Below are positions 9,509 to 18,864 of a DNA stretch of 64,000 nucleotides, one piece after another. The stretch is from contig OZ252100.1 of NCBI GenBank assembly GCA_965248435.1, positions 2,304,001-2,368,000 on the forward strand, in the 5' to 3' direction. Every line of letters begins with the position of its first letter. The stretch's first letter is position 1. The notes beneath the pieces are model-generated. The model made no database searches. It saw nothing but the letters and a program-made list of their open reading frames with translations, and was not told where the DNA came from. This DNA comes from Candidatus Latescibacterota bacterium (GTDB lineage: Bacteria; Latescibacterota; UBA2968; GCA-2709665). The position numbers were made by a program, and so were the translations under genes.

Positions 9509-9940
9509 CTAGCTAAGCCGACGCCGAAGTCGATGCACGATGGGCAGAAAGATGAGGTACGAAAGTATGTGTGCGTAAACGACTGTTATAAGGATTGTAG
9601 CAAGTCCCAGTGGAGGCAACTTGGGATTTTCAAGAAACTTCGGGGTGTTCAGGAGATGGACAAGGCCGACCAGGAACCCGATCCAACCGGCGGCCAAAAC
9701 GAAGGTTCGGGCTTGTGCCCAAGAGTTGGCGGCTTCACGACTTTCTTCATCACTTAGATTTGAAGAGAAGGCGCCTTTCAACATCGTCCCGATCCCAGCA
9801 CGAGACTGCAGGAGCGCGCCAATCGTAAGGCCCGCGACGGCGATGACCGAGGGAATGTCAGTGAAATATCTGGGAGTTCCACCCATGTACGTACTAAGCA
9901 CGATGATAACGAGCGTAATGACGAGCCCCAGGATAGGCAT
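9509..9940 (-). CDS. short MotA/ExbB-like membrane protein
   Basis: Four hydrophobic segments; FTDIPSVIAVAGLT and AAGWIGFLVGLV resemble MotA TM2 and TM3; AAGGAGG RBS. Confidence 0.6.
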   Translation of the reverse strand: MPILGLVITLVIIVLSTYMGGTPRYFTDIPSVIAVAGLTIGALLQSRAGIGTMLKGAFSSNLSDEESREAANSWAQARTFVLAAGWIGFLVGLVHLLNTPKFLENPKLPPLGLATILITVVYAHILSYLIFLPIVHRLRRRLS

Positions 9941-9987
9941 TTGTTCCTCCTTTGAATTGAAAACGTGAACCTCCTACATCAAGACAT

Positions 9988-10617
9988 CTATGCGTTCTTT
10001 CGAGCGTCTTCGATAAGTTCGGGAAGCCCCCTGATCCCGAGTACTCTCCTCAATGCCCTTACTCGACGATATATTGGATCGGCTTCGGGATCGGGGCGAG
10101 GAAATCCCTGTGGATCTTCGATGTATTCAGCGAGCCCGTGGATACCGATCCTCTTTCTAAGGTCCAGGAGGCCGCGTGCGATCGGGTCGAGGCCACGCTT
10201 TTGTTCGGCATGATGGATCACCTCAGAGATGCTTCTGATCCCAATTGCCTTTCGACCTGACTCGTCGGAGCCGACAAGGATCACCGCGACCAAGGTTGCC
10301 GCGGCCAGCGCCGGACGCCAAACACGGTCGGACCAGAGGGAGCCCTTGAGAGTCGTCCAAATGTTCTGATTCGCTTCCTCACCCTTTTGCGCTTCTGCGA
10401 GGACAGATTCGACCACTGTCAGTGGTGGATCGGTTCCCGGAAGCGAACCATACGCCTTCAGGGCAGACTCGATCCCGAGCATCTCCTGTCGACAGTTAGA
10501 ACAGGTCAGCAGGTGCGCTTCCCAACGTTCGCGTTCTTCGACCGATAGCTCGTTGCTCAGCATCAGCCAGACATCTCGAGAAAATCTTTCGCAGAAAGCT
10601 TGGCCCTCTTGATTCAT
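9988..10617 (-). CDS. zinc-finger (ZAS) anti-sigma factor
   Basis: HLLTCSNC (HxxxCxxC), single TM segment, overlaps the sigma stop (ATGA). Confidence 0.85.
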   Translation of the reverse strand: MNQEGQAFCERFSRDVWLMLSNELSVEERERWEAHLLTCSNCRQEMLGIESALKAYGSLPGTDPPLTVVESVLAEAQKGEEANQNIWTTLKGSLWSDRVWRPALAAATLVAVILVGSDESGRKAIGIRSISEVIHHAEQKRGLDPIARGLLDLRKRIGIHGLAEYIEDPQGFPRPDPEADPIYRRVRALRRVLGIRGLPELIEDARKNA

Positions 10618-11198
10618 TTCGGGTCCTTTCTACAATCTGCATCCGGGTCAACCACGTGCTTCAGTGCACTTCGCAGCTTGGCCGCCGCATATCGCATATG
10701 GCTGATTACGGTATTCAATGGCTCCCGTGTCAGCTCGGCGATCTCCCTGAACCGAAGCGCTCCGTGCTGACGAAGAAGGAAAACTCGTCGCTGCTTCTCA
10801 GGTAAGGCCGCTAATGCAGCTTCAATTGCTTCTCTTAGTTCCGCGCGCTCCAGTTTCTCGTCTGATCCTATAAGCGGGTCTTCGGCCGCATCGACAGCCC
10901 CCTGATCCTGCACAATCCATTCTCTCTGCCGATAGCCGCGCCTCCACGCGTCCGTCGCGACGCGATTCGCGATACCGAATAGCCAGCTGTCAAACTTTCC
11001 CTGTTCCCTGTAGGTCGGAAGGCCCTTCAAGACCTTAATGAAGGTCTCCTGGAAGAGGTCTTCCGCGGTCTCCGGACTTCCCGACATTCGCAGGAGAAAG
11101 GTGTAAATAGGCCGCTGGTACCTTTTCACGAGGGCTTCGAACGCATCCGATTCGCCCTGCAGAAACCTTCCGATCAGGCTTGAATCGTCTAGATTCAT
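10614..11198 (-). CDS. ECF RNA polymerase sigma factor
   Basis: AEDLFQETFIKV, FDSWLFGIANR and LPEKQRRVFLLR...FREIAE region 2 and region 4 motifs. Confidence 0.95.
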   Translation of the reverse strand: MNLDDSSLIGRFLQGESDAFEALVKRYQRPIYTFLLRMSGSPETAEDLFQETFIKVLKGLPTYREQGKFDSWLFGIANRVATDAWRRGYRQREWIVQDQGAVDAAEDPLIGSDEKLERAELREAIEAALAALPEKQRRVFLLRQHGALRFREIAELTREPLNTVISHMRYAAAKLRSALKHVVDPDADCRKDPK

Positions 11199-11265
11199 TC
11201 AGGTTCCACAAGTGAGAGTCTACTTAGATAAACGCAGAACAATCGAATTTATTGTATCAGCTTCG

Positions 11266-11322
11266 AAAAAGAAGAAACCCCGAAGACTAACACCCAAACG
11301 GGTCCAGTTAGTCCTCGGGGTC
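11266..11322 (-). terminator. intrinsic terminator after the LLM gene
   Basis: Long stem GACCCCGAGGACTAAC/GTTAGTCTTCGGGGTT followed by TCTTCTTTTT on the minus strand. Confidence 0.65.
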
Positions 11323-11363
11323 TGGCAAATCCGGGGTGAGCGCGGGCCGGGGATGTTAGCCCA

Positions 11364-12374
11364 TTACCGGAAGCGCGGCATGACGTGCTCTGCGAACAGC
11401 TTCATCGAGTCGACAGCCTGATCGTGGCTGATCTCGCCCCACTTGAACCAGCACAGCACTTCGCCTACCCCCATTGCCTGCAGCTCCGAGATCTGATCTG
11501 CGACTTCTTCCGGCGATCCGGCCGCAACCCGTTCCTTGATCTGCCGGCTGATCTCCTCCTGATCAGGCTCCTGATCCCTTTCCCCTTCTGATCTCAGCCA
11601 TCTCACGATCTGCATCTGCCAGGCTGTGGCTGCTTCAACGGTTTTCCGGTTCCAATCGGGATCCGTCGACACAAAAACGTGACGCTGAGCGCCCACGTGC
11701 TTCAAACAGAGATCGACCTGAGCCCGGGGATGGTCAGTCTGGCTAAGGGCCGATCGATAAGTCTCGACCTTAGACTTGACGGCCTCCAGGGCACCGAGAA
11801 CCAACAGCCGATGTCCCGCCTGGGCCGCCTCCACGATCGACTTAGACTGATTGGCGGTAACCACGATCGGCGGATGAGGCACCTGATAGGGCTTGATCGA
11901 GATCGCTGCATCCTTGAACTGGAAGCCTGCTCCATCGTAGTCGAATCGATCCTGAGTCCATGCCCGCTCTACGATCTCCAGAATCTCTTTATGCATCGCG
12001 TGCCGACGGCCGAAGTCGACACCGTAAATGGAGAATTCAAATGGCGAGTATCCCGGGCCGAAACCGGCCATCACACGGCCTTCACTCAGATGGTCGACCA
12101 ATGCGATCTCCTCGGCCAGGCGGATCGGGTGATGCAGCGGAGTGACGTTGACGGCAAACCCGATCCCCAGGCGGCGAGTCTTCATGGCGACTGCCGCTGC
12201 CAATACCGAAGGCGAAGGCGATAGACCGTACTCCGAGCCGTGGTGCTCGGTCAACCAGACGTGGTCGAACCCCAACTGCTCAGACAGTTCGATCTCGCGC
12301 AGGGTCTCTTGAATAATCTCGTGGCTTTCGATGCCCCGTCGGTGAGACATGATCTTGAATGTGCTGAACAGCAT
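11364..12374 (-). CDS. LLM-class flavin-dependent oxidoreductase
   Basis: GFDHVWLTEHH, HPIRLAEEIALVDHLSEGR and KPYQVPHPPI motifs. Confidence 0.93.
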   Translation of the reverse strand: MLFSTFKIMSHRRGIESHEIIQETLREIELSEQLGFDHVWLTEHHGSEYGLSPSPSVLAAAVAMKTRRLGIGFAVNVTPLHHPIRLAEEIALVDHLSEGRVMAGFGPGYSPFEFSIYGVDFGRRHAMHKEILEIVERAWTQDRFDYDGAGFQFKDAAISIKPYQVPHPPIVVTANQSKSIVEAAQAGHRLLVLGALEAVKSKVETYRSALSQTDHPRAQVDLCLKHVGAQRHVFVSTDPDWNRKTVEAATAWQMQIVRWLRSEGERDQEPDQEEISRQIKERVAAGSPEEVADQISELQAMGVGEVLCWFKWGEISHDQAVDSMKLFAEHVMPRFR

Positions 12375-12423
12375 TTAGGGCTCCGATGATATTGAAGCCT
12401 GGGGGTCGGCCTGCTCAAAGCCT

Positions 12424-12470
12424 AAAATAAAAAGAAAACCCGCTGCCGAGGGGGACTCAACGTCGGGTTC
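12424..12470 (-). terminator. intrinsic terminator-like hairpin between the DUF362 and LLM genes
   Basis: AACCCGACGTTGAG...CTCGGCAGCGGGTT followed by a U-rich tail. Confidence 0.5.
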
Positions 12471-12578
12471 AGATTCTGACCAAAGCGATCTCGCCCAAGA
12501 CTATAATTGATCCCGTCGCTTTATCTTAAGGAACGTCACTTTCGGTTGCGAAACAGCGAGCGACGAACGACGGTCCTA

Positions 12579-12675
12579 CGGTACCCGGTACCCGTGTTTT
12601 GATTTCACGGGGCGACCCAGCGTCGCCCCCAAACCGTAAGATCCCTGTAACCTATCTACCTATCCCGGTACTCGG
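12579..12675 (+). repeat. ~97 bp REP-containing dispersed repeat, copy 1
   Basis: Near-identical to the reverse complement of 46720-46817; core hairpin GGGGCGAC-N-GTCGCCCC. Confidence 0.85.
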
Positions 12676-12678
12676 CTA

Positions 12679-13953
12679 CTAAGTCTGCTTCACCGATCTC
12701 TTCCTGAGCGTAATAAACTCGGGCGCCTCACGAACGCATTCGCCCAGGATCCCGATCGACCGCCAGAGTGCGCGAAAGCCCGTGCATTTGACATCGGCTC
12801 CAGGTCCCTCGGCGACGGAATACCCATCGTCATCGGCTACGGTATGCTCCCACCCCTTGAACAGCCGGCCCCACTCGCTCTGCAGGACCAGGGACATCTG
12901 CTTCTTCGCGAAGAACGGGTACCAGAAACTGTCGTGGTAGAGCACACTCGCGATGTAGGCCCACGGTGCCAGGACCGTCTTGAGCGTCCACTCGATCGGC
13001 CGCTTTAGCGGACCCCAGTAGATTTTGTGCTGCATCCTGGATGCGAACGTCATCTTCTTGTAAGGTCCGACGAAGCCCCAGTCCTGCTCAGCCGCCTCCA
13101 CGTCACCTGCGATCTCGATCTCCTTCGGATCGCCGCATCCCAGCCCCAGCTCGTGGGCCAGCCGGATGTACTTGATCGATAGCGGATCCATCCCCATCAT
13201 CCTGGCCGAGACGGCGTCGATGGCCACCTGATCCTCACTCGCCAGAATCACGTCTTTGACATAGGGGATCATACAGCGTGGCCCAGGGCCATCCCCGGCA
13301 AAGGTCCCGTCCATCACTGCGAAGACACCCCGGTGGATTCTTTTCTGAATCATGAGCAGATCTACGAGCGTCTCGTGGATCACGGGGTGCGTCCAGTGCC
13401 GCCGCTCATTCAACAGCCCGCCGAAGGCGTTCTTCATCGCGCCCGTGGTCGTCGTAAAGACATGCGTTTTCACTGTCGGAAGGTGAATGATGTTCTTTCC
13501 AATGAAGCGCCTCGGGATGAAGAATCCCTTGGGGTAGACCTCGTTGAGACAGAGGAATCGGTCCGCGAGATCGCCGACTGCATCCCGAATGTGAATCCAC
13601 TCCTCACCTTCATAAAGGTGGATGTTCCGCAGCCCGTGGGCCTCTACCACGTCGATCTGTTTGTTTTCCCGCTCCCCCAACCGCGCGTCGATCACCACGG
13701 TGCGATTGTGGCACGCGTAGAACAGGTCCGGGTCATAGCCGTCGCGCTTCATCCCTCGGATCACGCCCTCGAGCTGCCAGGGCGTCGTGGAGCAGCCGGG
13801 GAAGAAGAAGTGCCAGGACACGTTCACCTTCAGCGTCGTCTCCACCTCCCGGTCGATCACATCCTGATAGCCGGCCAGGTTCAGCAGGCGATGATAGTCG
13901 GCCAGGATCGTTTTCGGGCTGGTCTTTAGAACCGCGACCTTGCTTTTTCCCAC
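12679..13953 (-). CDS. DUF362 domain protein (putative Fe-S binding)
   Basis: LKVNVSW, HLPTVKTHVFT-TGAMKNAFG, GDGPGP and DQVAIDAV motifs. Start placed at GTG 13953 because the longer ORF start lies in a repeat. Confidence 0.85.
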   Translation of the reverse strand: MGKSKVAVLKTSPKTILADYHRLLNLAGYQDVIDREVETTLKVNVSWHFFFPGCSTTPWQLEGVIRGMKRDGYDPDLFYACHNRTVVIDARLGERENKQIDVVEAHGLRNIHLYEGEEWIHIRDAVGDLADRFLCLNEVYPKGFFIPRRFIGKNIIHLPTVKTHVFTTTTGAMKNAFGGLLNERRHWTHPVIHETLVDLLMIQKRIHRGVFAVMDGTFAGDGPGPRCMIPYVKDVILASEDQVAIDAVSARMMGMDPLSIKYIRLAHELGLGCGDPKEIEIAGDVEAAEQDWGFVGPYKKMTFASRMQHKIYWGPLKRPIEWTLKTVLAPWAYIASVLYHDSFWYPFFAKKQMSLVLQSEWGRLFKGWEHTVADDDGYSVAEGPGADVKCTGFRALWRSIGILGECVREAPEFITLRKRSVKQT

Positions 13954-14019
13954 GTGTGTCAAATCCCCCTTAATCCCCCTTTTCCAAAGGGGGAAGGTCA
14001 TTTCTTATCCCTACGCTTC

Positions 14020-14070
14020 CCGGTACCCGTGTTTTGCTTTCCCCGGGGCGACGCGTGCGTCGCCCCTACA
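14020..14070 (-). repeat. GTAG-type REP element (partial copy of the dispersed repeat)
   Basis: Minus strand reads GTAGGGGCGACGCACGCGTCGCCCCGG; preceded on the plus strand by GGTACCCGTGTTTTG as in the other copies. Confidence 0.75.
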
Positions 14071-14127
14071 CCGCCGATCTTTTATGATATCCGGTACCCG
14101 ATTCCTCTGCGGTGAAACTTTGGCTCA

Positions 14128-15042
14128 TCACGTAAGATAGAGCACTGCAACAAGCGTAATCAACCAGAGACCGCCATTGATCAACAGCGGGAGATCTCGC
14201 ATAATCGTCGATGAAGGATTTCCCCCTTCACCCTTTGTATAGACGAGGTAGAGATAGCGGAGCAGTCCGTAGATCACGAACGGAATCGTCAGATTCAGAT
14301 ACTGCGTCCCCAACTTCTCCATCACCTCCGGAGACATCGTGTAGAGCGCGTAGGTGACCAGCGCCCCGGCCGTCACTACCGAGATCATCTGATCCAGGAA
14401 CCTGAGCGAGTACTCTTCCAGGCTCCGACGATGGTCCGGCGCGTCCGCGTCCAGAAGCACGAGCTCCTGGCGACGCTTCACAAACCCCAGAAACAGCGCA
14501 AGCAGCATCGTGCAGAGGATAAACCACGAAGAGATGGCCACTTCGATCGCGAATGCCCCACCGACGGCGCGAAGCAGAAACCCTGCGGCCACAATCATCA
14601 CGTCCAGGATGACGAGTCTCTTCAAGTAAAGCGAATAGGCGACGTTCAGGACTGCATAACTGAACACGACCCAGCCGAACTGGACGTTGAGCCGAAACGA
14701 GCCGAGGAGCGCGAGGACCACGATGACAAAAGCCCCCACAGAGGCCCACCGGATGCTCAGTTTTCCCGAGGCGATCGGCCGATGTTGTTTCTCTGGATGC
14801 CTCCGGTCACGTTCCAGGTCCCGGATGTCATTAAAGATGTAAACCGTCCCGGAGATCAGACAGAATAGAAGGAAGGCGAGCGCGCTGCGGGCGGCAAAGG
14901 AAGGATCAAACAGGTGGCCGGAAAAGATGAGTGCGGCGAGGACGAACAGATTTTTTGACCACTGCTGGGGCCTCATGGCCGTTAAAAAGGCGAACAACGA
15001 AACCCCTCCCGTTACGTTGGCCTGGTAGACTCGTTTCTTCAC
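14128..15042 (-). CDS. UbiA-family prenyltransferase (decaprenyl-phosphate phosphoribosyltransferase-like)
   Basis: MRPQQWSKN, YIFNDIRDLERDRRHPEKQHRPIASG, YSLYLK and KRRQEL motifs. Confidence 0.92.
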   Translation of the reverse strand: MKKRVYQANVTGGVSLFAFLTAMRPQQWSKNLFVLAALIFSGHLFDPSFAARSALAFLLFCLISGTVYIFNDIRDLERDRRHPEKQHRPIASGKLSIRWASVGAFVIVVLALLGSFRLNVQFGWVVFSYAVLNVAYSLYLKRLVILDVMIVAAGFLLRAVGGAFAIEVAISSWFILCTMLLALFLGFVKRRQELVLLDADAPDHRRSLEEYSLRFLDQMISVVTAGALVTYALYTMSPEVMEKLGTQYLNLTIPFVIYGLLRYLYLVYTKGEGGNPSSTIMRDLPLLINGGLWLITLVAVLYLT

Positions 15043-15167
15043 TTATGAGCGGGGAAACATAGTATCAACAACAATGCCGCCCGAAGATGCTGATGTTATT
15101 CCTGTGTCGTATTCTCTTCGGCCTCTGCGTCTCTGCGGTAAGATTTCGGACGTATCGCGTCTTCACG

Positions 15168-18100
15168 CTAAATCGAGATCCCGAAGTAGTACCTCCGACT
15201 GTCTACAGGTATCCTCGCGCCGGTTACACGGTCACGAATAAAATCGCTCGTCGGCTTGGCAAACTGAAAGTAGCCGAAAACGGGGAACACATAGTTTGCG
15301 GTCATCTGGAACCTGAGCTCGAATCCCCAATCTGTAAGGAACTTGTCTTTGTCGATGTCCTTAACGACGTCCCTGAACCTGGCCGAATTTCCTGTGGCTC
15401 CGGTCTCCACGAAGATGGAACCGTAGAGCTTGTCGAAGGCAAATGGGGCCAGCTCCTTGTCGATCCTCTGGAAGATCGGGAAGGTGAATGTCGCTCTCCC
15501 ATAGACCACCTTGCCCCCTGAGAGGGAGAAATAGGGGTAGCCCCTCAGCGTGCCCAACCCCCCGAGGTAGTACCTCAGCGGAAAATAGAAAGAGCCTTCG
15601 AGCGTGCCCCCGTTCTGCACGGGGTCCTTAATCTCCTTGTCTTTGTAGCCCACGAAACCCTGAAGGCCAAGCGTCGCCCGTCCGGGAAAAGGAATGAACT
15701 CGTTCCATGAAAAGATATACTCGTTGATGCCCAGCTTCTTGTTGTCCGAACGGAAAATGCTCGGTGTCGGATCCGTCGCCGTCGGGTCGGGGATCTGATT
15801 CTGATCGAGATCGGTAGACAGGGCCAGGGAATCCGTCACCGTCGCGTTGATTCGGCTGTACCTGAAGGTGACGGAGCGTCCCTGTCTGGGATTCAGGAAC
15901 ATATCCTTTGTCGGTTTGAAGCTCGCGTAGCGCCAGCCGACGATAAGGTTGTTGCTCCGGAAATAGGTCAGGTCATGATAAAACGAATCTTCAAAATCCC
16001 GGGGATCCTGAACGAATCCAGGGACCTGGTCCGTGATGTCCTGATTCACACCCTGGGCATTCCGCTGAAATAGGCGGGTACTGTCGAGGAGTGTCTGCTT
16101 TACGAGCAGGTTCTCCGAATAGCGGCGGTGGTTGTAAGCAAGCGAGAGCATCTGACCGCGCCCCACGCCCATCTCGAATCCCAGCGTAAAATCGTTGAAC
16201 ACATCTTTGAACTCGTCCTCTTGCTGCAGTGTCAAGTTGAGCTGCTGAGTCGTGTTCGGAATAATGACCTGCTGAGAGTCGATCACCGTAATCAGCGTCC
16301 CCGAAGACGTATCCTGTTGGCTGAGCACGGTCCCCCGTTCGAGCAGGCTGTTGATCGTGGTTTTGTTGAAGCTGGTAAAGAACGTCGGTCGATACGATTT
16401 GTGTTCCGTCTCCAGCGCACGCAGACCCTTTTCATAGTAGAAGTACAGATCCGAATTCAGGTCAGTCCGCCTCCGGAGGTTCTTCCCCACACTGAACCCG
16501 GCCACGATCACGTCGCTCCCGAAAAACTCCCCCCAGGCGGCCTGCGCCCCAACGCTGATCTGATCCAGACCGAACCGGTTTCCGATAAACGTGGGTCCAA
16601 GGACCAGAATCGGGATGATCCCGACACCCTTCGTCGTTATCCGTCCGCCATATCGGCCGATGCTGTAGAGGTCGCTCAGCTTCTCCCCCGTGTAGATGCC
16701 CCGGTAGTCCCTGGGAAGGGCCTCCGCAACCTCGACGGGAACGGCCGCGGACCTCTGAATCCGGTAAAGGCTGTAGTTCGCGGCGTGAAATCCAGCGTAA
16801 ATAATCTCCTCTCCATCTGGGGAAACCGTGGGCACGAATGCCCCGCCGATGACGTTCGTGATCTGTTCCTGCCGGCCGGTCACCAGGTCGTAGGAATAGA
16901 GGTTGAAGATGCCCGTGCGGTCCGAGCTGAAAACGAACCCACTGCCGTCCGGGAGCCAGACCGGATCCCGTTCGTCCGCTGACGAGCTGACCAGCGCTTC
17001 GAATCCGGCATCGCTCGCGTAAGCCACACTGTCGGGGAAGACCGCCAGGCTGTCATCCTCCGCCTCTTTGTCCTTATTACGCTTGCGGTGTTTGGGCCTG
17101 GGCGTCGCGTCCGGATCGATGATGGCGATGTCCCGATCTTCTCCCCTGAACACCGTGAAAAGAATGCGCTTTCCATCCGGAGACCACTTGGGCCCAAAGT
17201 ACTGCGTCCCGTTGTTGTTTTGCGTCAGATGGCGAACACGTGTGCTGTCGATCCGGAGAATCCCCAGGCTGTTCGTCCCGCCCCGATTTCCCACGAAGGC
17301 CACCTCCGTCCCGCCGGGCGAAATCGACGGGTCCTTCCCCCGAAGCCCAATCGTGACTCGCTTCTCCTTCTTCCGCTCCAGGTCGTAGGAGAAGAGATCC
17401 CACCGGCCGCCGACCGACCTGACGAAGAAAAGACCTTTTCCATCAGGGGCCCACGAGAACCGGGTGGACAGCAGCCCGAACGGCTTGTCGTTCCATTCGG
17501 CCACGGTATCGGTCCTGCGCGTGGAGAGATCCATGATCACCAGCTTGTTCAGCCTGTAATCTTCTCCGTCATTGGTAATAAATGCGACCTTCGATCCGTC
17601 AGGGGAATACGTCGGATAGAATTCATACGACCCCTTGTCAAAGATCAGTTCCCCTTCCCGCTCGCCCACCCTACCCACTGAGTCAGCTACCGCCCCGTAT
17701 TTTTCCTCCAGGTGCGCCACCCAGTCGTCGTAGACGCGATCCGCCGAGATCCCGAACGCCTTCTTCACGGACGATTTGAAGTTGACGATAGGTCGATGGT
17801 CCAACAAGGCCCGGACCCTTTCATCGCCATAGCTCTGTTCCATGTAGTTCAGGAGAGCGTACCCCTGATTGTAGACCATCTCGCTGTGGAAGCCGTCTTT
17901 TCCCGAGAAACTGTTCATGCCGGTGTAAGTATGAAGATCATTTTCCAGGGTCGCCATTCGAAGCAGCATATCCCGATGCGTGTCCCAGGAATCCCCTCCG
18001 AATTTTTTCGATTCGAACTGCGCGACGCCCTCGACGTACCAAATTGGAACCGCCGTATGGTAGATGGGAAGCACGAAACGATAATCCGGGTTGCTGTTCG

Positions 18101-18692
18101 ATTGGCTGGCCGCCAGAATACCCAATTCGAAGGGCATGCTCGTATGAGCCGCTTTCAACGTAATGATGTGCGCAAGTTCGTGCGTGAACACGTTCCGCAC
18201 CCAGTCGCTCGAACCCCGCTGCTCGATGTCGAACGGGGAGGCATAGAACATGATGAAGCTGTTGCTGGGCATAGCGAAGGCATTGCCCAGGACGTCCGAT
18301 CCGTCGTTCACGAAGACGTGAATCGGGGCGAACCGCTCCACGGATCCTGGATAATGTTGTGTGATCTGTTCGAACGCGTCGTCGGCAATCTCGGCCACTC
18401 TACGTGCCGTGGTCTCGGCGCCCCCGAAATTGATCAAGAAGTACTTTGTCCGAATCTGCCTGGCCCCGGGGGACCCCAGGCCAAGAAACGAGGGGAAAAA
18501 TTCATACACGATATCATCGTCGAGGTCCAGTTTTGAATTCGGTCGGTTCAACGGCACATCTGACAGATCCAGGATCGGACCGACCTTGCCGGCACGACCG
18601 TGGAGCTGGGCGCAGGCAGTGTCCCTTAAGCCAAACAGGCACAGGAGACCGAACAAGAAGATGGCGGTGGTCAACGGTTGGGAGCGATTCAC
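15168..18692 (-). CDS. secreted peptidase-like/PD40 beta-propeller/Omp85-like outer membrane protein
   Basis: Signal peptide, THELAH plus WYVEGVAQ, multiple 'P-(W/Y)SPDG' repeats, LRGYPY and a C-terminal YYFGISI beta-signal-like strand. Confidence 0.75.
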   Translation of the reverse strand: MNRSQPLTTAIFLFGLLCLFGLRDTACAQLHGRAGKVGPILDLSDVPLNRPNSKLDLDDDIVYEFFPSFLGLGSPGARQIRTKYFLINFGGAETTARRVAEIADDAFEQITQHYPGSVERFAPIHVFVNDGSDVLGNAFAMPSNSFIMFYASPFDIEQRGSSDWVRNVFTHELAHIITLKAAHTSMPFELGILAASQSNSNPDYRFVLPIYHTAVPIWYVEGVAQFESKKFGGDSWDTHRDMLLRMATLENDLHTYTGMNSFSGKDGFHSEMVYNQGYALLNYMEQSYGDERVRALLDHRPIVNFKSSVKKAFGISADRVYDDWVAHLEEKYGAVADSVGRVGEREGELIFDKGSYEFYPTYSPDGSKVAFITNDGEDYRLNKLVIMDLSTRRTDTVAEWNDKPFGLLSTRFSWAPDGKGLFFVRSVGGRWDLFSYDLERKKEKRVTIGLRGKDPSISPGGTEVAFVGNRGGTNSLGILRIDSTRVRHLTQNNNGTQYFGPKWSPDGKRILFTVFRGEDRDIAIIDPDATPRPKHRKRNKDKEAEDDSLAVFPDSVAYASDAGFEALVSSSADERDPVWLPDGSGFVFSSDRTGIFNLYSYDLVTGRQEQITNVIGGAFVPTVSPDGEEIIYAGFHAANYSLYRIQRSAAVPVEVAEALPRDYRGIYTGEKLSDLYSIGRYGGRITTKGVGIIPILVLGPTFIGNRFGLDQISVGAQAAWGEFFGSDVIVAGFSVGKNLRRRTDLNSDLYFYYEKGLRALETEHKSYRPTFFTSFNKTTINSLLERGTVLSQQDTSSGTLITVIDSQQVIIPNTTQQLNLTLQQEDEFKDVFNDFTLGFEMGVGRGQMLSLAYNHRRYSENLLVKQTLLDSTRLFQRNAQGVNQDITDQVPGFVQDPRDFEDSFYHDLTYFRSNNLIVGWRYASFKPTKDMFLNPRQGRSVTFRYSRINATVTDSLALSTDLDQNQIPDPTATDPTPSIFRSDNKKLGINEYIFSWNEFIPFPGRATLGLQGFVGYKDKEIKDPVQNGGTLEGSFYFPLRYYLGGLGTLRGYPYFSLSGGKVVYGRATFTFPIFQRIDKELAPFAFDKLYGSIFVETGATGNSARFRDVVKDIDKDKFLTDWGFELRFQMTANYVFPVFGYFQFAKPTSDFIRDRVTGARIPVDSRRYYFGISI

Positions 18693-18864
18693 AGGCTTAC
18701 CTCTCTAAAGAGTGGTTCTCAGGTAGTGGTTTAAATCTCAAAGAATATACGTGATAGGTCAAGAAAGACAACCCGTCGGTCAACGATCAACGATTCCTGG
18801 CTTTTGCGGTACCCGACCGGTTTGCGATCGACGATCCACGAACAACGATCCACGACGATGAGAC

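Noticed and set aside
9136-9516. 126 aa plus-strand ORF in the AT-rich gap
   Set aside because: TTG start, no RBS, atypical composition and no motifs; more likely non-coding.
12424-12560. Riboswitch upstream of the LLM gene
   Set aside because: A terminator-like hairpin is present but I recognise no aptamer consensus; it can be explained as the terminator of the DUF362 gene.
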